This document shows, piece after piece, positions 9,177-18,589 of a stretch of 64,000 nucleotides of DNA (its first letter is position 1; each line of letters opens with the position of its first letter). The stretch covers positions 32,001-96,000 of the forward strand of contig JBGAIQ010000006.1 in the NCBI GenBank assembly GCA_044225365.1. Direction: 5' to 3'. The DNA comes from Planctomycetota bacterium (GTDB lineage: Bacteria; Planctomycetota; B15-G4; JADJEK01). Position numbers and translations under genes: made by a program. The notes beneath the pieces were generated by a model that was not told the DNA's origin, made no database searches, and saw only the letters and a program-made list of their open reading frames with translations.

Positions 9177-11014
9177 CCGCCCGGTTGGCGCGGGAAGCTC
9201 GATCTCGCCGCTCGTTCGATCGCGGTGAGGCTCCGTTTCATCCGTCGCGACCAGACCGGGTAACGATCCGCCGTGGCGGTCGGCACGTTGATCGGCGTCG
9301 TCTCGAGCGCCAGATCGTCGAGCGCGAGCGTGATGAGATCGCACGGACTGCGAACGAGTGAGCGATGGACCGCGTCGAGCATCGCGCGCTTCGAACTCGC
9401 GCGCGATGCGAGCACGCCTTCGCGCCGCAGCATGCGTCGCAGTGCGGCGACGTCGTACTTGCGGCCCGCTCGCCTGGTCGCGAGTTCCTGCTTGCTCGCG
9501 ATGAGCCCGAGTCTCGCTTGGATCGGCAGATCCGCGCCGTCGAGCCAGCCCGCGAACGGGACGAGATCGTGCGTCCCGATCGATGCGGCCGCGGGCTTCG
9601 GATAGTCCTTCGGGGATTCGAACTCGCCGCGTCCATCGCGGGAGAACAGGAGAACGCGCGTCGAGAGCATTCGATGCGCGGCGAGCCAGCGTGGCAATTC
9701 CTCGGGGATGGTCCCAAGATCTTCGGCGATGACGACGCAACGCGATCGTCGACTCTCCTGCGCGATCGTCTCGAAGAGTTGGCGCCGAGGCATCTTGACC
9801 ATCACTCCGTCGGTTCCTGGCGCGCCGTTCGGCACCCAGTACTGACGGATGAGTCCGATCGCATGGTCGATCCGCACGGCGCCCGCGCCGTCCATCGCTG
9901 CGGCCACGAGGCGGCGGAAGAACGCGTCGCGGCCGTTGGAGATGCGCAACGGATTGAGCGGCGGCAGTCCCCAGACCTGGCCCTGCGTGGAGTAGCCGTC
10001 CGGAGGAGCGCCGAGGCTGAAGCCGTCGACGTGATCGTCGCGCCGCATCCACACGTCCGCCGAATCGGGCGCAGCTCCGATCGCAAGGTCGGTGAGCAAT
10101 CCGAGGCGCATTCCGAGGCGCCGCGCATGCTCTCCCGCCCCGTGCCATTGCCGCGCGACCTCGAACTGCAACCAGAGATGGAAGGCGACGCGCTCGTGGT
10201 GCTCTCTCGCAAACGCCGAGACGGCGGGATGCGTCGGATCCTGGAACCGCACCGGCCAGTTGCGAAACCCAAAGCGACCCCGTGATCCGTGGAACTCGTC
10301 GAGCGCCTGGTAGATCGCGAAGCGCCGCAGGTCTTCGCCGCCGGTTCGCACGAAGTCGAGATAGTCCGCGCGGCGACGCGCATCGTGTGTACCCGCGACG
10401 AACTTTCGATGGGCTTCACGGAGGATCGTGAAGCGCTGGGAAGCGATCGCTTCGTAATCGAGGACGTCTTGACGATGGGGGCGCTGGGGGTGGCGGCGGC
10501 GGAAGCGGTCCGTCTCCGCCAACTCGGGCACCGCGTGCGGGTCGATGTAGAGCGGATTCTTGAACAGCCGACTCACCGGGTAGTACGGGCTCGCGTCGAG
10601 CTTGCGATTGCGGATCGCGTGGAGCGGATTGATTGCGATGTAGTCGAGCCCTCGACGCGACGCGAGTTCGATCAACTCGAAAAGGGCGGAGAAGTCGCCG
10701 AAGTCCGCCGACCCACTGCCCGGCGTCGCGCGCACGGAATACAGATTCGCGTAGATCCCGACTCTTCGCCCCGGAGGCGCGAAACAGCGAGCGCCCGCGG
10801 GCGATTCCTCCCGCGCCCGCGTCGCCGCGAGCCGTTTCGACTCCCGGCGCATCGCCGCTTTGGATCCCGTCTCGACGGAGAGTGCGTTCAGCACCGCGAT
10901 CAACGTCGCCCTCGAGGTCAGGCGGCGGATGCCGAGCGCATCGACGAACTCGGTCTCGACGCCACAAGCGTGCGAGAGGCGGGCGAGATCGGGTTCGATG
11001 TCGTTCTTCTTCAC
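9167..11014 (-). CDS. malQ: 4-alpha-glucanotransferase (GH77)
   Basis: ASPYYPVSRLFKNPLYI, DLAIG, GAPPD..STQGQVWGLPP, VRIDHAIG, IAEDLG, GTHD, INVP. Confidence 0.93.
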   Translation of the reverse strand: MKKNDIEPDLARLSHACGVETEFVDALGIRRLTSRATLIAVLNALSVETGSKAAMRRESKRLAATRAREESPAGARCFAPPGRRVGIYANLYSVRATPGSGSADFGDFSALFELIELASRRGLDYIAINPLHAIRNRKLDASPYYPVSRLFKNPLYIDPHAVPELAETDRFRRRHPQRPHRQDVLDYEAIASQRFTILREAHRKFVAGTHDARRRADYLDFVRTGGEDLRRFAIYQALDEFHGSRGRFGFRNWPVRFQDPTHPAVSAFAREHHERVAFHLWLQFEVARQWHGAGEHARRLGMRLGLLTDLAIGAAPDSADVWMRRDDHVDGFSLGAPPDGYSTQGQVWGLPPLNPLRISNGRDAFFRRLVAAAMDGAGAVRIDHAIGLIRQYWVPNGAPGTDGVMVKMPRRQLFETIAQESRRSRCVVIAEDLGTIPEELPRWLAAHRMLSTRVLLFSRDGRGEFESPKDYPKPAAASIGTHDLVPFAGWLDGADLPIQARLGLIASKQELATRRAGRKYDVAALRRMLRREGVLASRASSKRAMLDAVHRSLVRSPCDLITLALDDLALETTPINVPTATADRYPVWSRRMKRSLTAIERAARSSFPRQPGGHK

Positions 11015-11159
11015 GCGGCCACGATAGCGAGCGAGCGTCGGTCAGCCAGCAATGCCTCGGGCGCGGGGCAGGAACGCGCGGATCCCCTCGTTTCGTCCGA
11101 TCGAGAGAAAGCGCCGGACTGGCAGCAGTACGGATCCGCTTTCGCCCGATAAGAGACGC

Positions 11160-12449
11160 ATGACCACCTGGCCGGACTCCGCGCACGACGCGCAGCCGAC
11201 GATCGTTCCGCAACCGTCGAACTTCTCGGCGGAGCCGGGACTCTTCGACCTCACGCGGATCAAGGCGATCCTGATCGAGCCCGACCTCCCCGAAGTCCGC
11301 GAGGCGGCGTTCCAACTCGCGCGCGAAGTGTCCAATCGACTCGGCCGCTTCATTCGCTGCGCTGCCCTCGACCCCGACCCGAAGAAGACCGACGTCTTCG
11401 GCTGCATCGGGGTCAGCACCGCCACGAAGAAGATGTTCCTCGGGTCCGAGGGATACGACCTCGACATCAAGAAGGAACTCGCATTCCTCTCCGCGCCCAA
11501 CCCGACGGGACTGTTCCGAGGGATCAAGTCCCTGCTCCAGCTCGTACTGCCCGACGCCGAGGGCGGGTTCGTGTTGCCGGCCGTTCGCGCGATCGACAAG
11601 CCCTCGACCGCGTGGCGGGGCGTCCGACTCGACCTGCGCACTGCGGTGCCGCCATTCAACTGGCTCGAGCGCTTCATCGACCTCGTGGCACTCCTGCGAC
11701 TCAACACGCTGCGCCTCGTCATGCCGACCGGCGCGATCCCGGCGTACAGCGGAATGCAGATCTCGCGTCTGCTCGAACTCTCGAACGAACGCAAGATCGA
11801 GTTGCTCTGCGAGCCCGACCCGAGCGGCGGTGAGGAGACATCTCCGGTCTTCCAAGTCGTCCGCCTCAGCGTGGGCGCCAACGATGATGTCGCCCGCGCC
11901 ATCGCCGAAGAGTTGAAGCCTGACGAGGACTCAGCGCTGCCCAGCGTGAACGGGATCTGGTGGTTGAAGCCCGACGAACTTCCTCTCGCCGAGGATCGCA
12001 AATCGTTCGGGCTCGAGGCGTGGTTGCGCTGGCCCCCGGGAATCGCACCTCCGATCCTCGACCGCGCGTTCACTTCTCGACTCGCCGCCTTCGCGGAGAT
12101 GGCGTGGACCGGGCCGTTCCGCCGCACGTTCGTCGATTTCCGACATCGACTCGGCAATCTCTTCCGCGAGTTCGATCGATTGGGATTCGACTACGACGTC
12201 CCTCCACCCGGCGGCCTGCCGGATACCGTGTTCCTCGACGACGAGATCGCGATCGAGTTGGTCCCTCCGTGCCCCGGCGCGGACGTTCAGTTCACGCTCG
12301 ACGGCTCCGACCCGACGAGCGAGTCTCCGACCGCCGACAGACCCCTCTTCTTGAAGACGGAGTGCGTGGTCCGAGCGCGGACGCGCCTGCGCAACGGCAA
12401 GGTCTCGGTGCCGGTCACGATCGAAGTGCGCCGCCGGACGCACAACTGA
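11160..12449 (+). CDS. GH20 beta-hexosaminidase-like protein with shortened catalytic barrel and C-terminal chitobiase/Fn3-associated domain (429 aa)
   Basis: GH20b-like IVPQP...EGYDLDI...GLFRGIKSLLQL; DKP..WRGVRLD; RLAAFAEMAWT; C-terminal FTLDGSDPT. No HxGGDE motif. Confidence 0.75.
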   Translation: MTTWPDSAHDAQPTIVPQPSNFSAEPGLFDLTRIKAILIEPDLPEVREAAFQLAREVSNRLGRFIRCAALDPDPKKTDVFGCIGVSTATKKMFLGSEGYDLDIKKELAFLSAPNPTGLFRGIKSLLQLVLPDAEGGFVLPAVRAIDKPSTAWRGVRLDLRTAVPPFNWLERFIDLVALLRLNTLRLVMPTGAIPAYSGMQISRLLELSNERKIELLCEPDPSGGEETSPVFQVVRLSVGANDDVARAIAEELKPDEDSALPSVNGIWWLKPDELPLAEDRKSFGLEAWLRWPPGIAPPILDRAFTSRLAAFAEMAWTGPFRRTFVDFRHRLGNLFREFDRLGFDYDVPPPGGLPDTVFLDDEIAIELVPPCPGADVQFTLDGSDPTSESPTADRPLFLKTECVVRARTRLRNGKVSVPVTIEVRRRTHN

Positions 12450-12498
12450 CCGTCCCTGCCGAGTTCAACTCGCGCAAGGATCCGGATACGATGCGCGC

Positions 12499-13485
12499 AT
12501 GATTCTGCGCGCGATGATCGTCACCTGCGCCGTCGCCGCCGTGCTCGTCGCGGCGCCCCGCGATTCCACGATCGCGATTCCGCACGGATTCCCGAACGAC
12601 CTCGCCAGCCGACTCGAGCACGAGAGCGCCGCGGCCGATCTCGGCGCGAAACTCTTCCACGACCCGATCCTCTCCGCCGATCGCACCGTTGCCTGCGTCA
12701 ATTGCCACGACCCCGGTCGCAACTTCACTCGCAACGAAGCCCGGTCGAAGGGCGTGCGAGGGCAGGAGACCCGTCGCAACGTACCAACGATCCTGAATCG
12801 CGCACTCGGGACGAAGTTCATGTGGGACGGCCGCGCGGATTCCCTCGAGACGATGGTTTTGATGCCGATCGAGAACCCGGAGGAGATGGCACTCCCGGTC
12901 GCCGACGCCGTCGCCCGCCTCGACGCCGATCCGAAGTTGCGCGTTGCGTTCGAATCGACGTTCGGACGGCGCCCCGATCGCGAGGCGCTCGGGGCCGCGC
13001 TCGCCGCCTTCGTCCGCTCCCAATTGATCGGCGACAGTCCGGTCGACGCCTTTCACGCCGGTTCGTTCACCGCCCTCTCCGACGAAGCCCGGCAAGGCCT
13101 CTGGCTGTTCGAGAGTCGAGCGAATTGCTGGAAGTGTCATTCCGGTCCGAACTTCTCCGACGAGAGCTTCCACTCCACGGCCGTCGGCGCTGTCGACGGC
13201 AAGCCCGAGGACGGACGATTCGCGGTGACTCACGACGAGGCCGACCGCGGCCGCTTCAAGACACCCACCCTCCGAGGACTCACCCGGACCGCGCCGTACA
13301 TGCACGATGGCAGCCTCGCGACCCTCCAGGACGTCGTCGAATACTATTCGCGTGGCGGCAATCCGATCGCGGCGACGGGCGAGTTGGTCCCCAAGGATCC
13401 ACACATCGTGGCGCTCCATCTGAGTGACGCCGACAAGCGCTATCTGATCGCGTTCCTCGAAGCGCTCTCGACTCGCACGCCGTGA
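12499..13485 (+). CDS. Di-heme cytochrome c peroxidase / MauG family protein
   Basis: Signal peptide; LGAKLFHDPILS, CVNCH, RNVPT, MWDGRA, CWKCH, FKTPTLR, PYMHDGS. Confidence 0.92.
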   Translation: MILRAMIVTCAVAAVLVAAPRDSTIAIPHGFPNDLASRLEHESAAADLGAKLFHDPILSADRTVACVNCHDPGRNFTRNEARSKGVRGQETRRNVPTILNRALGTKFMWDGRADSLETMVLMPIENPEEMALPVADAVARLDADPKLRVAFESTFGRRPDREALGAALAAFVRSQLIGDSPVDAFHAGSFTALSDEARQGLWLFESRANCWKCHSGPNFSDESFHSTAVGAVDGKPEDGRFAVTHDEADRGRFKTPTLRGLTRTAPYMHDGSLATLQDVVEYYSRGGNPIAATGELVPKDPHIVALHLSDADKRYLIAFLEALSTRTP

Positions 13486-13539
13486 AGGCGCGCCTTCGAA
13501 TCAAACCGATCCACCCCATTCATGGGGGTTCGGGGAGGT

Positions 13540-16173
13540 TCATGGAGACGCCGCAGCGGTCGTCGATACCCCGAGCGCGCGCTTCAACGCCTCGCCGAGC
13601 GTCGTCGCCGTCAAGGTTCCTCGCACCGCGTCGTCGATACCGACGGCCTTCCACTTCGCCTGATCGCGCGCGGGCGCGTTGAGCGCGATGATCGGGAGGC
13701 GCGACTTCTCGTGTTCGCCTTCGTGGGCTCGCAACATCCGCGCGAGCTCGAGTCCGTCGATTCCGACGAGCCGCAGATCGACGACCGCGGCATCGAATGA
13801 CTCGGAGGTGAGCGTCTCGAACGCGACTCGGCCATCGACCGCGAGCACGACGTCGAGCCCGAGTTGACGCGCCTGATCGGACAGGAGCCTCTGAGTCGGC
13901 GGGTAGCTCTCGGCGATGAGCACGCGCTTGCCGGCGAGTGCAACCTCGACCGGGACCTGCTTGGATTCGGGGCCGGGTTCGCGTTCGACGCGTTCCTCGG
14001 ACTCGCTCCCGAAGATCGCCTCGCGCAGCGCGCGCGAGGTCACCGGACGAGCGACGACGGTGACTCGGGCGTTGTTGTTCTGCTTCGTGTATGCGAGCGC
14101 CTCGGAGACCGTCGCGACGACGACGAGCGGCACGTTCGTTCCTTCGAGCGCACGAGTCGTCTTCTGGACGAAGTCCGCGAACGATCCCGACGCGCTCTTG
14201 CGATACTCCGCGATCACGATCGTTCTCGATCGCGCCGCGCGCTCGGCGGTCGCCTTGCGCATCCCCGATTCATCGACGCATTCCTGGACCTCGCAGCCGA
14301 TCGATCGCACCTGCGCGGCGAGCGCGGCGCGCGTCAACGCTTGCTCCACGCGCAGGACGACGAAGACGCCGAGGCTCCGTTCGTCGAGCACTTTCGTCGC
14401 GTCGATCACGAAGAGCGGGATCGTGAGAGTGAACGCGCTTCCCTTGCCCACTTCGCTCTGCACCTCGAGGGTGCCGCCGAGCATCTTCGCGAGGTGCCGG
14501 CAGATCGCGAGCCCGAGGCCCGTGCCTCCGTGGACGCGCGCATCGCTCGCGCTCGCCTGCTCGTACTCCTCGAAGATGGCTCGGATCCGATCGGGCGGTA
14601 CGCCGGCGCCGGTGTCGCGCACGGTGAAGTAGAAGCTCGTCGCGTGGTGTGAGTCGCGCGTGGTTCCCACTTCGATCGCGATCTCGCCGCGCTCGGTGTA
14701 CTTCACCGCGTTACCGACGAGATTGATGAGGATCTGGCGCACTCGACCTGGATCGCCCCTAACGAGATCGGGGCAACTCTCCGGGATGATCTGCCCGATC
14801 TCGATTCCCTTGCTCTGGGCTTGGGTCGCAAAGAGCGCGACGACGCTTTCGACGAGCGGGCGGAGTTCGAACTCGATCTGCTCGAGCACCAACTTCCCCT
14901 GCTCGATCTTCGACAAGTCGAGGACATCGTTGAGGACTTCGATCAACGATCGCGCCGTGCTCTGGATCGTCCCCACGAATTCCCGTTGTTGATCGTCGAG
15001 CCGGGTGTCCGCAAGCAGGTCCACCATGCCGACGACGCCCGCGAGCGGCGATCGGATCTCATGGCTCGCTTGAGCGAGCATGCGCATTCGTTTCTTCGCT
15101 GTGTCCTCGCTCTCGCGACAGACACGGGCGAGTTCGACCTCCGACGAGCGTCGGCGCGCCACCTCCTCTCGCATCTCTGCTTCCTGCGCGAACGAGTCGC
15201 GCACGAGCCGAGCGAGCTCGCCGAACTCATGATGACTCGCGAGGAGTGGCTCGAGCGGCTCGCGCGCACGCACACGCAGCGCGTTGATGACGGCGGTGAG
15301 CGGCCGATCGAAGAACCAGTAGAGTCCCAACGCGAGCGCCACGAGCGCGACGAGAACGCAGGAGAAGAGAGCGACGACCGCGCGACTCGTGGCTCGAGCG
15401 GAGATCTCCATCGCAGGCTGCGATTTCTCGATCTCGAGGACCCCGACCGTTCCGCCGTCGGCGCCAAGGAGCGGGCGCACGAGCGACAAAGCCGTCGGGC
15501 GAGTCGCATCGCCGGCCGCCTCGATCTCGGCAATCCGCTTCCGATACTCGAGAGGGTCGAGAACGACTGCGTTCGATTCAGTCAGCGTACCGATCGACGC
15601 GACGACGGTCGGATCCCACCGCTTCAAACCGAAGAAATACCCGAACTCCTTGCCGGTCCTCTCGGCATCCGCGCTGCGATGGATCGTCGCTCCAAACACT
15701 TCGACGCACATCGATCCAGATCGCGCGAAGAAGTGCGCGATCGGACCCGCGGTGAACAGACCGGCGAACCGAGAGGGATTCACGGGCAGTTCGGCGATCC
15801 GATTCTCGATGCTGTCGGGAAAGCCGTAGACCTGCTTCCCGGACATGTCGAACACGAACACACCGTCCACCTTGTAGGTGCTCGCGGCGACGTCGAGATT
15901 CTCGCGAGCCCAGTCTTCACTGGGAGCCGCGACGTAATCCGCCATGTCGTCCCAGAACGTGTAGTCGTTGACGAAGGCCTCGAGCGGTCGCGACCGTAGT
16001 TCGAGGATGCTCGCGACCATGCGTTCGAAGTCGTGGCGCTTCCCTTCGACCAAGGACCTCGCGCGTTCGTGCTCGAAGAGATTCCAACCGAGCACAAGGA
16101 CGGCGAACGCCGCGCCGACCGCGCAAAGCAGGAGGAAGACATTGCGTCGGAGCGAGTGTTGGAGGAGATTCAT
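13540..16173 (-). CDS. Hybrid sensor histidine kinase: CHASE4-like sensor, HisKA, HATPase, two atypical receiver domains
   Basis: Two TM helices around DYTFWDD (CHASE4-like); H-box SHEIRSPL; NLVGNAVKYT, DTGAG, GGTGLGL; C-terminal receiver-like domains. Confidence 0.9.
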   Translation of the reverse strand: MNLLQHSLRRNVFLLLCAVGAAFAVLVLGWNLFEHERARSLVEGKRHDFERMVASILELRSRPLEAFVNDYTFWDDMADYVAAPSEDWARENLDVAASTYKVDGVFVFDMSGKQVYGFPDSIENRIAELPVNPSRFAGLFTAGPIAHFFARSGSMCVEVFGATIHRSADAERTGKEFGYFFGLKRWDPTVVASIGTLTESNAVVLDPLEYRKRIAEIEAAGDATRPTALSLVRPLLGADGGTVGVLEIEKSQPAMEISARATSRAVVALFSCVLVALVALALGLYWFFDRPLTAVINALRVRAREPLEPLLASHHEFGELARLVRDSFAQEAEMREEVARRRSSEVELARVCRESEDTAKKRMRMLAQASHEIRSPLAGVVGMVDLLADTRLDDQQREFVGTIQSTARSLIEVLNDVLDLSKIEQGKLVLEQIEFELRPLVESVVALFATQAQSKGIEIGQIIPESCPDLVRGDPGRVRQILINLVGNAVKYTERGEIAIEVGTTRDSHHATSFYFTVRDTGAGVPPDRIRAIFEEYEQASASDARVHGGTGLGLAICRHLAKMLGGTLEVQSEVGKGSAFTLTIPLFVIDATKVLDERSLGVFVVLRVEQALTRAALAAQVRSIGCEVQECVDESGMRKATAERAARSRTIVIAEYRKSASGSFADFVQKTTRALEGTNVPLVVVATVSEALAYTKQNNNARVTVVARPVTSRALREAIFGSESEERVEREPGPESKQVPVEVALAGKRVLIAESYPPTQRLLSDQARQLGLDVVLAVDGRVAFETLTSESFDAAVVDLRLVGIDGLELARMLRAHEGEHEKSRLPIIALNAPARDQAKWKAVGIDDAVRGTLTATTLGEALKRALGVSTTAAASP

Positions 16174-16672
16174 GGAGGGCGCTTCGAGCGATCGATCGCT
16201 CCACCCTCCCGAAGGATGGAGTGTGATTTCGGCTGCCTCTTACTTCGGCCCCATACCGGCTCTCGCTTGAGCGCGATCGGTTGGTGTGCGAAGCGAACGT
16301 GCGCGCGCTTCGTCACGAGTTCGAAGCGTGAACTTTCAACGACCCGAATTCCGGTGTCGCAAACACGAAACATGGTTCGCGCCGCGGGAATTCGCTCCCA
16401 ATCGCGCGCGGTCGACTCGACTCGCCGTGTTCGAGGATGCTTCCAAAAGGCCGTGAGAAAGCGAGTTCGACGTGTGTCGCGAGCACGATGTCGAGGACGC
16501 GAAACGTCTCTTTCGACCACTCCGTCGCTGCGTTCGGAATGGCGATTGGCGCAATACGAGAGATCACGATGTTGGTTTCGACATCTTGGAATATTTCCGT
16601 TGCGGGCCCTTTTGGGCTGCGGCATACTCCCGCCCGGACTCGGGGGGTTTCCACCCCGGAGTAAAGCTCGAT

Positions 16673-16720
16673 CCCCCTTCTTCCCTATTTCCCTATTTCC
16701 CTTTTTCCCTACTTCCTTTT
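16673..16720. repeat. Five tandem imperfect 8-mers (TTCCCTAT-like) forming a homopyrimidine-rich tract
   Basis: 16681-16720 reads ttccctat ttccctat ttcccttt ttccctac ttcctttt, preceded by cccccttc. Confidence 0.85.
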
Positions 16721-16761
16721 TTCGAGTTTCCCCCCGGTCCAACCTTTCCAGCTCCTCGCGA

Positions 16762-16819
16762 GCTGCAACGATGACGCCCCGCGCCGGAACCTTCCGACGC
16801 GGGGCGTTCTCGTTGCAGC
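16762..16819 (-). terminator. Long GC-rich hairpin just downstream of tcdA; probable terminator or RNA-stabilising stem
   Basis: gctgcaacga-tg-acgccccgcg-c-cggaa pairs with ttccg-a-cgcggggcgt-tc-tcgttgcagc. No U-tract. Confidence 0.6.
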
Positions 16820-16831
16820 AAGCCGTGGAGA

Positions 16832-17737
16832 TCAGGATCGCGAACGGCTCGGTAAGTCGAAGCGATCGGGATGCCTTGCGAGGTGCTTCACCGCGACCGC
16901 TGCGGCGGTGAGACCAAAGGCCCCGGTCACGAACGATGCCGAACCATCGATGCGCGCGCGGCGCTCGCAGGTCAGGAATTCGTTCTCGCCCTGGGGGCAA
17001 ACGCATCGAAAGCCCATGTCGCGGTCATAGGTGAGTTCGTGCGGGGGCTGGGCGTTCTCCTCGGAGAACACGGCGGCGATCCCCCACGCACCCTTTCCGC
17101 AGTCGGGGAAGTCGTACTTCTGGCGCAGGATCTTGCGGACGTGGAACGCCATCGCGTCGGTATGGGTTTGCGCGAGATCGACGACGCGAATTCGCGTGGG
17201 ATCCCACCGCGCCGCGGCCCCCATCGAGGTCACGAGGGGAATGCCGCGCGAGCGACACTGTGCGATCAAGTGGCACTTCGCGGTGAGATGGTCGGTGGCG
17301 TCGATCACGATGTCGATGTCGGACGTGAGGAGCTGATCGGCCGTACTCGCTTCGTAGGGCATCTTGCGTTCGACGATCTGCGCCCGTGGATGGATGAGCG
17401 CGAGTCGCTCCGCCATGACTTCCACCTTGCTCCGGCCGACGTTTCCGCGCAGCGCGTGGAGCTGGCGATTCATGTTGGTGACGCAGACGTCGTCGAAGTC
17501 GACGAGCACGATGCGACCGACCCCGCTGCGCGCGAGGGACTCCGCCGCGAAGCTGCCGACACCGCCGAGCCCCATGACCGCGACGGTACCTCGTTGGACG
17601 CGATCCATCGCCGCGTCGCCGACGAGCCGGGCCATTCGATCGAACTGGCGCAGGAGGCGATATTCCTCCGTGATCGGCGCCGCGACGGGTGCAGAACCGC
17701 AGTCATGGGAACAAGTCGAGTCGTGTTCTGCATTCAT
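16832..17737 (-). CDS. tcdA: tRNA threonylcarbamoyladenosine dehydratase (ThiF/E1-like)
   Basis: GLGGVGS, LARSGVG, VDFDDVCVTNMNRQL, SMGAA..DPTRI, AVFSEE, GSASFVTGAFG. Confidence 0.88.
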   Translation of the reverse strand: MNAEHDSTCSHDCGSAPVAAPITEEYRLLRQFDRMARLVGDAAMDRVQRGTVAVMGLGGVGSFAAESLARSGVGRIVLVDFDDVCVTNMNRQLHALRGNVGRSKVEVMAERLALIHPRAQIVERKMPYEASTADQLLTSDIDIVIDATDHLTAKCHLIAQCRSRGIPLVTSMGAAARWDPTRIRVVDLAQTHTDAMAFHVRKILRQKYDFPDCGKGAWGIAAVFSEENAQPPHELTYDRDMGFRCVCPQGENEFLTCERRARIDGSASFVTGAFGLTAAAVAVKHLARHPDRFDLPSRSRS

Positions 17738-17753
17738 CTCGAAGCCACGTTCT

Positions 17754-18560
17754 TCAGAAGGTCCATTCGGCATCGTCTCGAGCGAACAACGAACGCGCGT
17801 TGTTCGAGGTGGCGAGCAAGATCGCGTCCAGATCCACTCCACGAATCTTCGCCAGCGCGGACGCGACGTCAAGCAGCGCAGCGGGTTCGTTTCGCACTTT
17901 CGAGCCCCGCGGCGACAAGTCGGGCGAATCGGTTTCGATGAGCAGACGATCGATCGGCACGGCCGCTGCTGCGCGATGCGCCCGTTCCGACGTCGGTCGA
18001 CATACGCTGCCCGAGAAGCTGATGAAGAAGCCGAGTGCCACGTACTCGGCCGCCAGCTCCGCGCTTCCCGAGTACGAGTGGACCACTCCGGCGCGGGCCG
18101 GAGGTCGGTCCGCCCGCAACGTCTCGAGCACGCGCAGATGCGTGCCGCGACCGAGCACGTGGAGGATGAGCGGGACGTCGATCGTACGCGCGAGCGCGAG
18201 TTGCTCGCGGAATACGACCTGCTGCCGATCGATCGAATCGCGCGGAACGAAGTGCGCGTCGAGACCGGTTTCGCCGAGCGCGCTCGCCCTGCCTTCGCCC
18301 GCGAAGCACTCAGCGAGCGAGTCGAGCGCCTCGCGCACCTCGATCGAGGGGAGGGTGGCGGCCCGCATCGGATGCAGACCCGCCGACCACAGTACGCCGC
18401 TCTCTCGCCCCGCCAGCTCGCGCTGCTTCGTCCAGGTCGCAGGATCGACTCCCGCGAGCACGAACCCGGTGACGCCGGCCTCGCGCGCCCTCGCGAACAC
18501 CTCCGAGCGATCCGGGTCGAACGCGTCGTCGTCGAGATGGCAGTGCGAGTCGACGTACAT
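17754..18560 (-). CDS. tatD: TatD-family metal-dependent nuclease
   Basis: DSHCHL, GLHP, LGETGLD, GVVHSYSG, LIETDSPD, NEPA. Confidence 0.93.
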   Translation of the reverse strand: MYVDSHCHLDDDAFDPDRSEVFARAREAGVTGFVLAGVDPATWTKQRELAGRESGVLWSAGLHPMRAATLPSIEVREALDSLAECFAGEGRASALGETGLDAHFVPRDSIDRQQVVFREQLALARTIDVPLILHVLGRGTHLRVLETLRADRPPARAGVVHSYSGSAELAAEYVALGFFISFSGSVCRPTSERAHRAAAAVPIDRLLIETDSPDLSPRGSKVRNEPAALLDVASALAKIRGVDLDAILLATSNNARSLFARDDAEWTF

Positions 18561-18589
18561 GACTCAGGCGATCCGCCGAACGGAGGATC

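Noticed and set aside
16243-16270. Sigma28-like promoter TCAAG...GCCGAAG upstream of the histidine kinase
   Set aside because: Spacer is 16 nt versus about 14 expected, and the -10 match is incomplete.
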